37,108 nt of DNA from positions 1 to 37,108 of the IMG/VR virus record IMGVR_UViG_3300027688_000009; one strand, given 5' to 3'. Shown in pieces: positions 8,748-17,560 of the stretch. Source of the stretch: a virus (lineage: Duplodnaviria; Caudoviricetes). Positions within the stretch are counted from its first letter, which is position 1. Every line of letters begins with the position of its first letter. The position numbers and the translations under genes are program-made. The notes beneath the pieces were generated by a model. The model saw nothing but the letters and a program-made list of their open reading frames with translations, made no database searches and had not been told where the DNA came from.

Positions 8748-8917
8748 TTGTTTTTCCTTTCCTTTTGCTCAATCTCACGGCGTAATTTTTCCATTTTTTC
8801 CAGCTGCTGTCTCACCTCTTGTTTTTGCTCTAAGGTGTCCAGCAGCATAAATGCCAATAGTGGCAGCATCAAGGCAACGAGAACCACCGAAACGATCCAG
8901 CCTACTGCTCCCATCAT
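8744..8917 (-). CDS. Small single-TM coiled-coil protein, 57 aa
   Basis: ATG at 8917 overlaps the upstream stop (ATGA), which is preferred over the 9037 start; MMGAVGWIVSVVLVALMLPLLAF plus a charged tail. Confidence 0.7.
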   Translation of the reverse strand: MMGAVGWIVSVVLVALMLPLLAFMLLDTLEQKQEVRQQLEKMEKLRREIEQKERKNK

Positions 8918-9621
8918 GTGATCCTCTGTTTCGTCAGGACGAAAAGCAGGCTCCACAGGTATAGGATAAGAATAAGGGTCAGGACGCTTACTCCCAGTTT
9001 TAACCGTTGACTTGCCTCTCTTTGCTGACGTTGCCATAGCATCCTCTTAGCCTTGGACTCCTGCGCCAGCCTTGCGGCCTCCTGCTCTGCACCAACAATC
9101 TCACGCATCTCCATGACCTTGGAGTACAGCGCACCTAGTTCTTTAGGGGCGTTCCAGGTCATCGCCATCCTTATGTCATTGACCATGACTTGCATCTGGT
9201 CAGCCGCCCTCACGCGCTTGATGGCCGCTTCAAACAGGTTAGCGTTAGGATCGTAGACTGTTCTGGACTTCTCCTCACTTTCGCGGATATGGTCAGCCAG
9301 CTGCTGCTGAAGATGGAAAAACTGAATGAGCTGATCTACAACGTCATTCAGTATTTCCTCTTCGTCTACCTCAACAAACTTCTCTCTCTTCTTCTTCGCT
9401 GCTACCTGGCTTGCTTGTTGCTGTTGCGGCTTTGGCTTGCCACCAAAGAATTGCAATAACTGCTTCCAAAACCCATATGCCTCTTTGCCAATTGCAATAG
9501 CCTCTTCACCTGTTTTCTTTATTTCAACAAACTGAGTTTTGCACTCACGGTACAAATCGCACCCTGCCTGAATCTGCTTACAGATACCAGCGGCCAATAA
9601 GCACAAGGATATGGGGTCCAC
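8914..9621 (-). CDS. Helical protein with C-terminal TM anchor, lysis region, 235 aa
   Basis: MDPISL amphipathic N-terminus, coiled coil and hydrophobic C-terminal helix. Confidence 0.75.
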   Translation of the reverse strand: MDPISLCLLAAGICKQIQAGCDLYRECKTQFVEIKKTGEEAIAIGKEAYGFWKQLLQFFGGKPKPQQQQASQVAAKKKREKFVEVDEEEILNDVVDQLIQFFHLQQQLADHIRESEEKSRTVYDPNANLFEAAIKRVRAADQMQVMVNDIRMAMTWNAPKELGALYSKVMEMREIVGAEQEAARLAQESKAKRMLWQRQQREASQRLKLGVSVLTLILILYLWSLLFVLTKQRIT

Positions 9622-9627
9622 ATTGCT

Positions 9628-9819
9628 TTACATTCCCAGCAGCTTCGTAAACATTTGAGCAGCAAAGCCAGGGCCGAGCAACACTGCGCCGATCACGACG
9701 TAGAGCAGATACTCTATGCGCGTCATGCGCTGCTTTCCAGCCTCTAGTTTCTCTTCGATATTCTTGTAACGTTCATCGCAAGATGCTTGGTGCGCGTAGA
9801 AGTCTGTCTCTAAACTCAT
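9628..9819 (-). CDS. XhlA-like small membrane protein (holin candidate), 63 aa
   Basis: H...C.ERY..I coiled coil followed by one TM helix. Confidence 0.6.
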   Translation of the reverse strand: MSLETDFYAHQASCDERYKNIEEKLEAGKQRMTRIEYLLYVVIGAVLLGPGFAAQMFTKLLGM

Positions 9820-9965
9820 GCTACTGGCTCAGTTGGTGTTACTACTACGACTTCTGCAAGTGCTTGTGCAGCTACTGCCGCATCATGCACTGCTTGTTCT
9901 TCAGCGGTGTACTCAACTTGAGTGACTACGCCTGTTTCTACGTTTACTACGATTCTGTGTGTCAT
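9816..9965 (-). CDS. Small acidic protein, possible fibre assembly chaperone, 49 aa
   Basis: Below the track cutoff. Reads MTHRIVVNVETGVVTQVEYTAEEQ..., fills the gap exactly, and its stop overlaps the next ATG. Confidence 0.7.
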   Translation of the reverse strand: MTHRIVVNVETGVVTQVEYTAEEQAVHDAAVAAQALAEVVVVTPTEPVA

Positions 9966-9966
9966 G

Positions 9967-10236
9967 TCATGCCTTTGGATACTTAGCCTTTACCGCAAGA
10001 CAAGCGGCAATGTACGCATCAATCTGCGCTTGGTCGCCTTTGACTACACCATCAAGGTAGTCAGTCATTGGAGGATATTCAGCCGCACGTTTGGATTTAT
10101 ATGCGTCAGGGTCAACCCAAGCATTGACAGCATCCATGTCAATCTCGACTTGATTGCCTTGGGCATCTCTTGCGCCATCACCGTCATCAACTGTGACGGT
10201 TTGAGGATAAAGAGCATATATTGCATCGTGATTCAT
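9967..10236 (-). CDS. Tail fibre assembly/chaperone-like protein, 89 aa
   Basis: AI.ALYP...YKSKRAAEYP...YLD...VKAKYPK pattern directly after the fibre genes. Confidence 0.6.
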   Translation of the reverse strand: MNHDAIYALYPQTVTVDDGDGARDAQGNQVEIDMDAVNAWVDPDAYKSKRAAEYPPMTDYLDGVVKGDQAQIDAYIAACLAVKAKYPKA

Positions 10237-10769
10237 GCTGCTATCTCCATGACTGTGATTGTTGATATTGTTCGAGCGTTATTAGTGTTATCTGTATCGC
10301 TTGATGTTCTATTTACATAACCTGTACTGGTATTTACTCGCATTTGACATTTATATGTTGTAGATGAAGTTGTGGCTGGGCTGTCTAAAAAAACAATTGT
10401 TGCTTGTTGCGTAACATCACTAACACTAGAATATAAACCTGCACTTGCTTGTGTTCTAGAACTAGCAGCGTCGCCAACTGCAATAGCAGTAGACCCTCTA
10501 ACAAGTCTATGATGGGTTACAGTTGCAGCCGGAGTTCCTTGAGCAGATATATACGCCATAATCAAAATCTTGTTAGATGCAGATGATGGTGTAATGGAAA
10601 CAGATAAACTAGTAATGTCAGTAAAACTAGTGCTTGCAGTTGAAAACGTATCGGTTTTGTTTGCGGTTACAACTTGCAACACTTTACCCGCAGACGCTTG
10701 CACCGCAGACGATGACCCTGCGACTACTGGGTAAGTGATACCCGCTGAACCATCAATAATTGTTGTCAT
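10233..10769 (-). CDS. Tail fibre/adhesin module, 178 aa
   Basis: GKVLQVV...SITPSSASNKILI...FLDSPATTS.TTYK...STITVMEIAA; Ser/Thr-rich; start at the ATGA overlap at 10769. Confidence 0.7.
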   Translation of the reverse strand: MTTIIDGSAGITYPVVAGSSSAVQASAGKVLQVVTANKTDTFSTASTSFTDITSLSVSITPSSASNKILIMAYISAQGTPAATVTHHRLVRGSTAIAVGDAASSRTQASAGLYSSVSDVTQQATIVFLDSPATTSSTTYKCQMRVNTSTGYVNRTSSDTDNTNNARTISTITVMEIAA

Positions 10770-11392
10770 GCCCATGTCCCCACGTTAGTCGCTGCGCCAG
10801 ATGCGGAAAGCGGATTGATTCGGATGTAGCTGCCAGCGGCTGTTGAGTAAGCCCCACCAGGTGCGGCTGATAGCGTGTACTGAGGAATGAATGTGCCGCC
10901 AGCATTTATTGATACTGTGCCTTTAATTACATGTGAGTTAAACGTAGCGGCAGAAGTTAAAGCATTAATAGATGTTGTTGCTGTTGTTGTATTTGAAACA
11001 AAACCAAACGAAGTTGTTGTATTTTGTCCGGGTATTGTTCCACCGTTAGCCACCACAAGACCAGTATATCCAATGTTATTTATTGTTGCAGTACCACCAA
11101 ATCCAAGTTGAAAACTATGCGATGTAGTTCCCGCTGATTTGCTAAAAATAGCAAAAATTTCAAACTCATACACAGTGCTTGCAGACAACGTACAGCCAAC
11201 ATTAAATATGCTTTGTGCTGTGGCTACGTTAGACCCTACAACAGCAGAATCAAGCCTGTAATACTGCTGAGTCGGAACAATGCCTCGCTGTGTGCCGATA
11301 GGTGTAGCCGCAAAGATGGGGCTTGTATATTCAATCTGCCCTGCGGCGGCAGGACTTGATAGCGTGTCAGAAGTTAAAACAAGTATTGACAT
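10766..11392 (-). CDS. Tail fibre/adhesin module, 208 aa
   Basis: Ser/Thr/Gly-rich beta-type sequence within the serial fibre cluster. Confidence 0.6.
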   Translation of the reverse strand: MSILVLTSDTLSSPAAAGQIEYTSPIFAATPIGTQRGIVPTQQYYRLDSAVVGSNVATAQSIFNVGCTLSASTVYEFEIFAIFSKSAGTTSHSFQLGFGGTATINNIGYTGLVVANGGTIPGQNTTTSFGFVSNTTTATTSINALTSAATFNSHVIKGTVSINAGGTFIPQYTLSAAPGGAYSTAAGSYIRINPLSASGAATNVGTWA

Positions 11393-11394
11393 GA

Positions 11395-11967
11395 TTATCC
11401 TTCGTACATGATATTTATATTACCAAAGTCAAAGGTATTTACACCCCCGACAGTAGTGATGCGAATCATATTTAATGTGCCAGCTAAAGTTTTTTCGCAA
11501 GCTGAAAAAGTGCCAGTATCATTTGCTTGCTCTGCCAATATACTTGAACCAACCCAAATATTAGAGCCAAAGGAACAAATAGTCGCAAGAATTGTTACTT
11601 TATTAGTGGCAATAGAAACTCTGTTTAAAAGAAATCCATTTGCAGCTGCTGTTTCGCCTCCTCTATTATTTGACCCGCCAAGATACCCACTCGTTTCTGG
11701 TACGCCACCTACACCATATTGAATAATCAAAGGCGAAACGCCATTTGTACTTACACTGGTAAACATCACTGTAATGCGCTTAATCCAACTTGGCAGACTT
11801 GTGAAGTCAATTGAAACGCCTGATGTAGACGCAACAGCAGTACCCAAGATATTGACAGAACTAGTCGCAGTGGCTGCAAGCAAAGTCAGCGTGTTTGTAC
11901 CCGCAACAGCAGGGGCAGCAAGTGTTACCGCCCCGCTGGTGTCTCCCGAAATAACGACTGATGACAT
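11395..11967 (-). CDS. Tail fibre/adhesin module, 190 aa
   Basis: MSSVVISGDTSGAVTL.APAVAG..TLTL N-terminus; IDFT.LPSW.KRITV...TFD.G.INIMYE C-terminal domain. Confidence 0.7.
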   Translation of the reverse strand: MSSVVISGDTSGAVTLAAPAVAGTNTLTLLAATATSSVNILGTAVASTSGVSIDFTSLPSWIKRITVMFTSVSTNGVSPLIIQYGVGGVPETSGYLGGSNNRGGETAAANGFLLNRVSIATNKVTILATICSFGSNIWVGSSILAEQANDTGTFSACEKTLAGTLNMIRITTVGGVNTFDFGNINIMYEG

Positions 11968-11976
11968 ATATTTCCT

Positions 11977-12480
11977 TTACAGAACAACCCAGCGAGCGCC
12001 GGAGGGGACAGTGACAGTGATGCCGCTGTTGATGGTGATAGGCCCAACAGAGTGCGCGTTGTTTGATGCTGTGATGCTGTAGTTACCAGTAACCACTTTT
12101 GTGTTTTCATAGAAAACAGTGTCTGATCCTGCACCAGTTGCACCACCGCCAACAGATGCCCAAGCAGTACCGTTGTAGCCTTCAAATTTTGTCAGTGAGG
12201 TGTTGAAACGAAATTGAGCAGTGGCTGGTGAGCCTGGTCGCTGCGCCGTAGTGCCTGACGCAACCTTAATAAAGTCAGTGGCTGTGACATTCAATGTGCC
12301 AGCAACCGTCAATGTCTTACCAGCGCCAACATTTAAGCCAACTGAAGTACCTGTACCGGCGGCGGCAAATAATGCATCGACCAAATCTAGGTCGGTGTTT
12401 ACCTTTGTTCCCCAAGTATCTGTTGAGGCTCCTACTTCTGGCTTTGTCAGCAATAGGTTTGTTGTGGTGGTATCTGCCAT
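11977..12480 (-). CDS. Proximal tail fibre/anchor protein, 167 aa
   Basis: L.KPEVG....TWG.K.N anchor motif, GTTAQRP...RFNT....FEGY.G..W module and GPITI.SG.TVTVPSG.RWVVL end. Confidence 0.7.
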   Translation of the reverse strand: MADTTTTNLLLTKPEVGASTDTWGTKVNTDLDLVDALFAAAGTGTSVGLNVGAGKTLTVAGTLNVTATDFIKVASGTTAQRPGSPATAQFRFNTSLTKFEGYNGTAWASVGGGATGAGSDTVFYENTKVVTGNYSITASNNAHSVGPITINSGITVTVPSGARWVVL

Positions 12481-12493
12481 TCTTAAATCCCCT

Positions 12494-13012
12494 TTAGGCG
12501 GCTTCTTGCCAAGTTACTGAATTGTCTGCTAAATCTGTCCAAGATTCTGACGTGTCAGAAACTGGTGTCCATGTCTCAATGCTGACAGGAACTGCGCCCC
12601 AGCCATAACCAATTATTGTTCCAACAGAGCCAATAGACTCAACGCCAGTTATCGCAACCTCTATGACAGTTGTAACAGTACCAACACCCTCAAATCCATC
12701 AACTCCAGTAATTGCTTGGAACGATATAACCTCTGCGCTCATAGTGCCGACAGCACCGGTTGCAGCATTGCCAGTGATGATTGGCGAAACCAATACTGAG
12801 TTGACAGCGCCAGTGGCTGCATTGCCGGTGATGGCAACAGATACGTTTAATCCGACTGTGCCTACATTGCCTGTGGCTATCGTTCCATCTTCTTGAATGG
12901 ATATATTGGTGAGCAGCGTACCAATGGCACCAGTAGCCTGGTTACCGCTGATGACGACATTGCCTATGCCGTAAACACCCTTACCGTAATAACCGGAGCC
13001 ATATGCAGCCAT
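12494..13012 (-). CDS. Virion structural protein with ITG..ATG.VG repeats, 172 aa
   Basis: Repeated (I/V)(S/T)GN.ATGA(I/V)G units, a YG.GYYG N-terminus and W-spaced C-terminus; GAGGAG RBS. Confidence 0.7.
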   Translation of the reverse strand: MAAYGSGYYGKGVYGIGNVVISGNQATGAIGTLLTNISIQEDGTIATGNVGTVGLNVSVAITGNAATGAVNSVLVSPIITGNAATGAVGTMSAEVISFQAITGVDGFEGVGTVTTVIEVAITGVESIGSVGTIIGYGWGAVPVSIETWTPVSDTSESWTDLADNSVTWQEAA

Positions 13013-13027
13013 GCCGCTGCTCCTCGG

Positions 13028-13483
13028 TTAAGCCAACCGGATCAGGCCGGTGCTTGCGTCATTGACAGGCATCGTCAAGGTGAACGTGCCTGCGGTGACG
13101 GTCTGGCTGCCAAAGGTATGCACGCTAACCGCCTTGTTTGACTGAGTCGAGTTATAGATCAAGACCGCGTCAAAGGCCGTAGAAAGGGTCACAGCAGAGT
13201 AAGTGATGCTGGCGCTAGGGGTCACAAAGGCTGTAGTGCCGCTGGTGCTTGGCGCGGTGCCAAAGGTTACCGTCACGCCGCCTGCGGTGTAGCCAGTGCC
13301 GGACACCTCGTTGGTGGCGCTGTAGGCCGTTGTAGCCGCGCTAACAGTGGCAGAGGCCAAGTACAAGGCAGCCTTAAACGTGTCGGCGGCAGTAGATGCG
13401 CGAATAACGCCAGTGCCGAAATTATGATGGCCGACAAGCAGCTCACCCTTGAAACTGGTACACATAGCTTGAGTATTAGCGAT
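13028..13483 (-). CDS. Virion structural protein, 151 aa if started at ATC 13483 (145 aa from ATG 13465)
   Basis: DTFKAALY...TTAYS..NEVSGTGYTAGG..AVLIYN..FG pattern; AAGGAG lies 7 nt upstream of the in-frame ATC. Confidence 0.75.
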   Translation of the reverse strand: MANTQAMCTSFKGELLVGHHNFGTGVIRASTAADTFKAALYLASATVSAATTAYSATNEVSGTGYTAGGVTVTFGTAPSTSGTTAFVTPSASITYSAVTLSTAFDAVLIYNSTQSNKAVSVHTFGSQTVTAGTFTLTMPVNDASTGLIRLA

Positions 13484-13494
13484 GATAATTCTCC

Positions 13495-13683
13495 TTAAAT
13501 TTGTTGGGTAACGCCATCAGCAAACACACTGCGCTTGAGCGCCATGTGGACAGATCGGTGAACCATTTCACCATCTAGCCAGTACTCTACCCAGCTTGTT
13601 GTCTCGGTGTCGTTGTCCAATGAGCCTTCACGCTTCTCCAGCAATGAATCGTCCATCTCGCCTTTGGTGGTGGTGACTATCAT
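13495..13683 (-). CDS. Hypothetical protein, 62 aa
   Basis: ATGA-coupled to the adaptor gene; motif WVEYWLDGE.VHRS.H. Confidence 0.75.
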   Translation of the reverse strand: MIVTTTKGEMDDSLLEKREGSLDNDTETTSWVEYWLDGEMVHRSVHMALKRSVFADGVTQQI

Positions 13684-14309
13684 CCGAATGTCCTTGCACG
13701 CGCCAACAGAGCGCCGCCACTGGTTGATCCACGGTCATCAGCAACTTGCAACTGCTCTAAGCCAGCAGCATATAACGATGACCATACAGAGATTCTCGCA
13801 TCATCCTGCAAGTAAGGCGCAGCTTGTAATAGCGAGCCGTACAGGTAAACGTCCGGTGCCTGAGTCAGCAGAAAGTTGGTTGCAACAGTCGATGACAACT
13901 TGGTCAACTTGGCGTAGTAGACCAACTCAGCGGTGTACTCGCCATCAGGTATCGGCAGCAGCCGGAATTGATTGCCCACCACCGTGAAATACAGCGGTTT
14001 ACCGCTGGACAGGTAGGTGGTATTCGACAGCTGATCCATTGCCTCAATTGTCTGGAATGACAATGATGTCACCGGATTGGTATCTAGCTTGATGGACTTG
14101 GTTTCCAAGAAGTCATCAGGCACCGTGCCGTACTCGGCGGCAGCTGCAAATGTTGCGTTGGCACGCACGATCATCTGTCTGGTGCGTAGTTGGCGCTCCA
14201 TCTGCGCCTCGGCCAGACTGATGAAGTCAGCAATAGCCGAAGTCAAATCAGTCCGGTTGAGCCAATCAGCCAGTGATGCTTTGAGTTCGGTGTAGGTGGT
14301 CAATGCCAT
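13680..14309 (-). CDS. Head-tail adaptor (tail tubular A / P22 gp4-like role), 209 aa
   Basis: Y.ELK...ADWLNR.DL...I..FI.LAE...P.VYLYGSL..A..YL pattern; follows the capsid gene. Confidence 0.7.
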   Translation of the reverse strand: MALTTYTELKASLADWLNRTDLTSAIADFISLAEAQMERQLRTRQMIVRANATFAAAAEYGTVPDDFLETKSIKLDTNPVTSLSFQTIEAMDQLSNTTYLSSGKPLYFTVVGNQFRLLPIPDGEYTAELVYYAKLTKLSSTVATNFLLTQAPDVYLYGSLLQAAPYLQDDARISVWSSLYAAGLEQLQVADDRGSTSGGALLARARTFG

Positions 14310-14962
14310 TAGACGGCCTCTTTTTCAAGCTGTTCCCGCATAACCCAAGTGTGTTCATGCCGGAATTCAAATGTGCCAATGTGTCCGATTTCTTTCGAGA
14401 CATCATGGTCAATATACACCTTGAAACCTAATTCCTGAGCCTTCTTGCAAAAGAAGACATCCTCGCCCATGTAGCCGCGAGTGTCGTACTGCCAGGGCAT
14501 ATCGAACCATGGCTCAGACATTCCTTGAAACACTTCGCGCTTGATCAGCATCACGCCAGTACCAACTGAGCCGATCTCTTCTAAGCCGGTGGATTCAGGC
14601 ATGGTGTAGACCGGCTTGCGCTTTCCATTCTCATCATAGTTCTGCGCCGTTGGACCTGTGGGCATCCTGCGTCTGGCGCAGTTGGTCGCCACGATATCCA
14701 CGTCATGCGCCATCAATCGCTGGATCATGTCCTGCGGGAATGTCATGTCGGAGTCGATGAACAGTATGTGGCTGCAACCCTCGCGCATCGCGTCAAGGCA
14801 CAGGTCAGCACGCTGATTCTGGATGAGCGTACCTTGCAATATCTTGAGGCTGACGGCATCAGTCGTGTTCAGCGTGTGGTACGCCACCATATTGACCATG
14901 CAGTAGGTGTAGTTGGTGTGTACTTGATCCCGCGCTGGCGTGCAGACTGCAATGTATTTCAT
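14309..14962 (-). CDS. GT-A fold (family 2-like) glycosyltransferase, 217 aa
   Basis: HILFIDSDM (DxD), GTGVMLIKREVF, GEDVFFC and GHIG motifs. Confidence 0.8.
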   Translation of the reverse strand: MKYIAVCTPARDQVHTNYTYCMVNMVAYHTLNTTDAVSLKILQGTLIQNQRADLCLDAMREGCSHILFIDSDMTFPQDMIQRLMAHDVDIVATNCARRRMPTGPTAQNYDENGKRKPVYTMPESTGLEEIGSVGTGVMLIKREVFQGMSEPWFDMPWQYDTRGYMGEDVFFCKKAQELGFKVYIDHDVSKEIGHIGTFEFRHEHTWVMREQLEKEAV

Positions 14963-15273
14963 ACCTGTCCTGGCCTCACTCTAAAAAACCTGTTATCGGG
15001 ATCGTTCAACCATTTTTTCATGTAAACCGGATCATCCAACTTACCCTCGGCCTTCAGCTGAAAGTAGATCGTTTCAGGAATGCTCGCAATGTGATGCCAT
15101 TCGCTCTTCCAGTTCGCCCTGTTATCAGTAGCAGCAAAGTCGCGCTTGTTGGCCTCGATGACAGCAGTCAAGTCCTGCGTTGTCTGAATCGTTGCCTCAT
15201 CAGTGTCATCGTTATAGTGCCAGGTGCGGGTGATCCCCTTCTCGGGGCTTGCATCAAAAAATCGTTTTTCCAT
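14959..15273 (-). CDS. Hypothetical protein following the major capsid gene, 104 aa
   Basis: HIASIP...KKWLNDPDNR.FR motif; ATGA coupling to the next gene. Confidence 0.8.
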   Translation of the reverse strand: MEKRFFDASPEKGITRTWHYNDDTDEATIQTTQDLTAVIEANKRDFAATDNRANWKSEWHHIASIPETIYFQLKAEGKLDDPVYMKKWLNDPDNRFFRVRPGQV

Positions 15274-15279
15274 GTAAGT

Positions 15280-15301
15280 AGGGGAGGATTTCTCCTCCCC
15301 T
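15280..15301 (-). terminator. GC-rich hairpin after the major capsid gene (weak terminator or processing/stability element)
   Basis: AGGGGAGGA-GAAA-TCCTCCCCT on the minus strand: 9-bp stem with GNRA loop but no U-tract in the sense direction. Confidence 0.6.
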
Positions 15302-15317
15302 TTTTCCTCTTAGTTGA

Positions 15318-16280
15318 TTAAGAAGTTGACAAGTCAGCGCACAGGCCGTGAGCGTTTTCAGCCGTAACTTTATGGCCGAATTCGATCAACAACATACGCT
15401 TCTCAGCGTCACCAGTTTTCGCCAATTCGATTTGCTGGTAAGGACGCAAGACAGTCATCTTTGCGTACTCAGGATCGATGACCCAACCATCACGCTCGCG
15501 CTGGAAGCGGTTAGCGATAACGGCCACGTTGCCAAAGTCGCTGACGTAGATGTCAACTGCACCGATCAACACGGCAGGCTTTTCGCCACCGTTGATGTTG
15601 AAACGTGAAGATGCAATGCCAGAGAAAGCGGACACTTTCTGCTTGTTGACAGGACCAACCATCAGGATTTTTGGTGTACCGCCAGCAGACCATACTTTTT
15701 GAATCACATTCTTCAGAATGGTTTCAGTGAAAGTACGCACGTTGCCGTCACTACGCGCATTGTTTGGCAATGTGCTGTAGCTTGGGTCAGCGCCGTTGGT
15801 TTGCTTGTCGGTGTTTGTCTTAACAAACGCGCCCAAAGAGGCAGTAGCGCGAGCAGTAGTAGTGTTACCAGCAGCAGCCACAGCACCATTCAAGAATGTG
15901 AATTCTTGGTCGCGCTTGAGTTCAGAGCCGCGCTTGGCGATCTGGTATGCCAGTTCAGAACGGCGGCCAGCCTTGTTAACCACTTCTTCAGTGTTTGACA
16001 AGACAATGGTTTTGCGTGCGATCTGAGCGTAGTTGGTCAAACGAACAGTCGCAACGACTGCATCGAATGTGCCAACGTCATCACCTTCCAACTGAGCATT
16101 GGCGGCTGCATCTGCCAATGTGTCGGTCTGCCACTCAAACAAAGTATTGCTGACGGTTTCGCGGCCAATGTTGGATTGGTACGGTGTTTCTTCGGGAGCG
16201 ATGTTGGTGATGACATTGCTCAAGTCTTCACGAATACCCTTTGCAGAGTAGGTGGTGAACGTGTTACTTACGATAGACAT
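15318..16280 (-). CDS. Major capsid protein (DUF5309/SU10-like), 320 aa
   Basis: REDLS..I..I.P.ETP, EWQTD.L, EG.D, N..QI..K and ELKRD.E motifs; follows the scaffold gene. Confidence 0.85.
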   Translation of the reverse strand: MSIVSNTFTTYSAKGIREDLSNVITNIAPEETPYQSNIGRETVSNTLFEWQTDTLADAAANAQLEGDDVGTFDAVVATVRLTNYAQIARKTIVLSNTEEVVNKAGRRSELAYQIAKRGSELKRDQEFTFLNGAVAAAGNTTTARATASLGAFVKTNTDKQTNGADPSYSTLPNNARSDGNVRTFTETILKNVIQKVWSAGGTPKILMVGPVNKQKVSAFSGIASSRFNINGGEKPAVLIGAVDIYVSDFGNVAVIANRFQRERDGWVIDPEYAKMTVLRPYQQIELAKTGDAEKRMLLIEFGHKVTAENAHGLCADLSTS

Positions 16281-16290
16281 GGTGAATTCC

Positions 16291-17283
16291 TTATTTCAAG
16301 AGTTTGTAGATTGCATCAGCCGCGTCATCAACACGGCCAGTTTTCGCAAGACGCTGTTGTGCTCGCAATGCCTCAGTATTGTTAGAAACTCTTCCCGCTG
16401 CACCAGGCTTTGCGGGTCTTGGCCCATTGTTCGTCACCGGCTTGATCTGTCCACGCTTGGACACCATCTGGTCATACAGCGCCGCTTTTCGCAGCAGTAC
16501 AACCGCCCTGTGATCGAGCACATTCTTCAATTCATCAGGTGAGAATCCAGCCTTCTGGCCGAATTGAACGAGCATGGCTTTTTCAGCCGCAGCCTTCTTG
16601 GAGTCTTTCCACTCGGGAATAGCCGCCACCAAAGCCTCTTGCTCATGCTGCAACACCATCTGGTGCTGCTGCATCTGTTCCTGTTGCGACAACTGAGACA
16701 GGCGCTGCTTTTCGCTTTGAATAGCCGCACTCTTCTCTTGGTTTTCTCGCATCAACTCGCGCTGCCGTACCCATTCGATGGGGTCTTCTTGGTAAAGACG
16801 TTCCCAATCAATGTTCGGCTGCGTTGCCTGCTGAACCTGAGCCTCTAAAGCTCCTAACAAATGAGCGTATTGCTCGCGCTCGGCGCGAACCGCCTGCAAC
16901 TCTGCCTCTGCGTGCTTTCGCACTTCGGCAATTTGCTGCGTTTTTCGCGTGTAATCCTGAGTCCTTGAATATCCTTTTTGGAGTTCCTCCAGCGACACCT
17001 CGACTTCTTTACCGTCAACCTTGACGGTGAAGACTTGTGGCTGTTCTTCCTCTTCAGAATTCCCATCTTCTTCGGATTGTTCGGGATCAGTTTCATCGCT
17101 AGATGCGTCTGCATCATCCAGCAACTCATCAACTCCCGCCGCGCCCTCATCGGGCAACTGCGCCTCGCTGTTCTCCTCTTGTCCCTCATCGGGGAGCATC
17201 CCAGCAAGTGCATTGGCCGCTTCGGCCATGTTCATCGGACCTTGTACAACACTCGCCGCTGGCGTTGGTGCTACTGTTTGCAT
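16291..17283 (-). CDS. Capsid scaffolding protein, 330 aa
   Basis: Acidic N-terminus, VKVDG.EVEV.L.EL..GY....DYTRKTQ motif, coiled coil and basic C-terminus. Confidence 0.85.
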   Translation of the reverse strand: MQTVAPTPAASVVQGPMNMAEAANALAGMLPDEGQEENSEAQLPDEGAAGVDELLDDADASSDETDPEQSEEDGNSEEEEQPQVFTVKVDGKEVEVSLEELQKGYSRTQDYTRKTQQIAEVRKHAEAELQAVRAEREQYAHLLGALEAQVQQATQPNIDWERLYQEDPIEWVRQRELMRENQEKSAAIQSEKQRLSQLSQQEQMQQHQMVLQHEQEALVAAIPEWKDSKKAAAEKAMLVQFGQKAGFSPDELKNVLDHRAVVLLRKAALYDQMVSKRGQIKPVTNNGPRPAKPGAAGRVSNNTEALRAQQRLAKTGRVDDAADAIYKLLK

Positions 17284-17299
17284 TAGTTTATTTCCTTAA

Positions 17300-17560
17300 T
17301 TAAACAAGATTTTTTTGCGCTCGCTCAATGGCGCGCTGCGCCACCTTGCCGTTGTCGATCATTTTGGTAAGTTCGTTCTTGAAATTCTCAATGGCACGCA
17401 ACTGCGCCCAGCAAATCTCACGCTTGTTAGCCTCTTCCGGCTTGCTGCTCTCAAACTCCCAAAGCAAATCGCCACGCATCTTCTCCATGGCCGCTGCAAA
17501 TACCTCGTCCTGCATGAACTGCTCGGACTTCCGGCCTTTTCGCACTTGTTCTTCGTTCAT
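17300..17560 (-). CDS. Hypothetical protein between portal and scaffold, 86 aa
   Basis: Compact helical ORF in operon register. Confidence 0.8.
   Translation of the reverse strand: MNEEQVRKGRKSEQFMQDEVFAAAMEKMRGDLLWEFESSKPEEANKREICWAQLRAIENFKNELTKMIDNGKVAQRAIERAQKNLV

Noticed and set aside
8918-9037. Longer start for the 8744 ORF (97 aa)
   Set aside because: It overlaps the 235-aa gene by over 120 bp; the coupled ATG at 8917 gives a clean TM-first protein.
9816-12480. Diversity-generating retroelement or invertase-driven fibre switching
   Set aside because: No reverse transcriptase, invertase, template/variable repeat pair or inverted cassette was seen.
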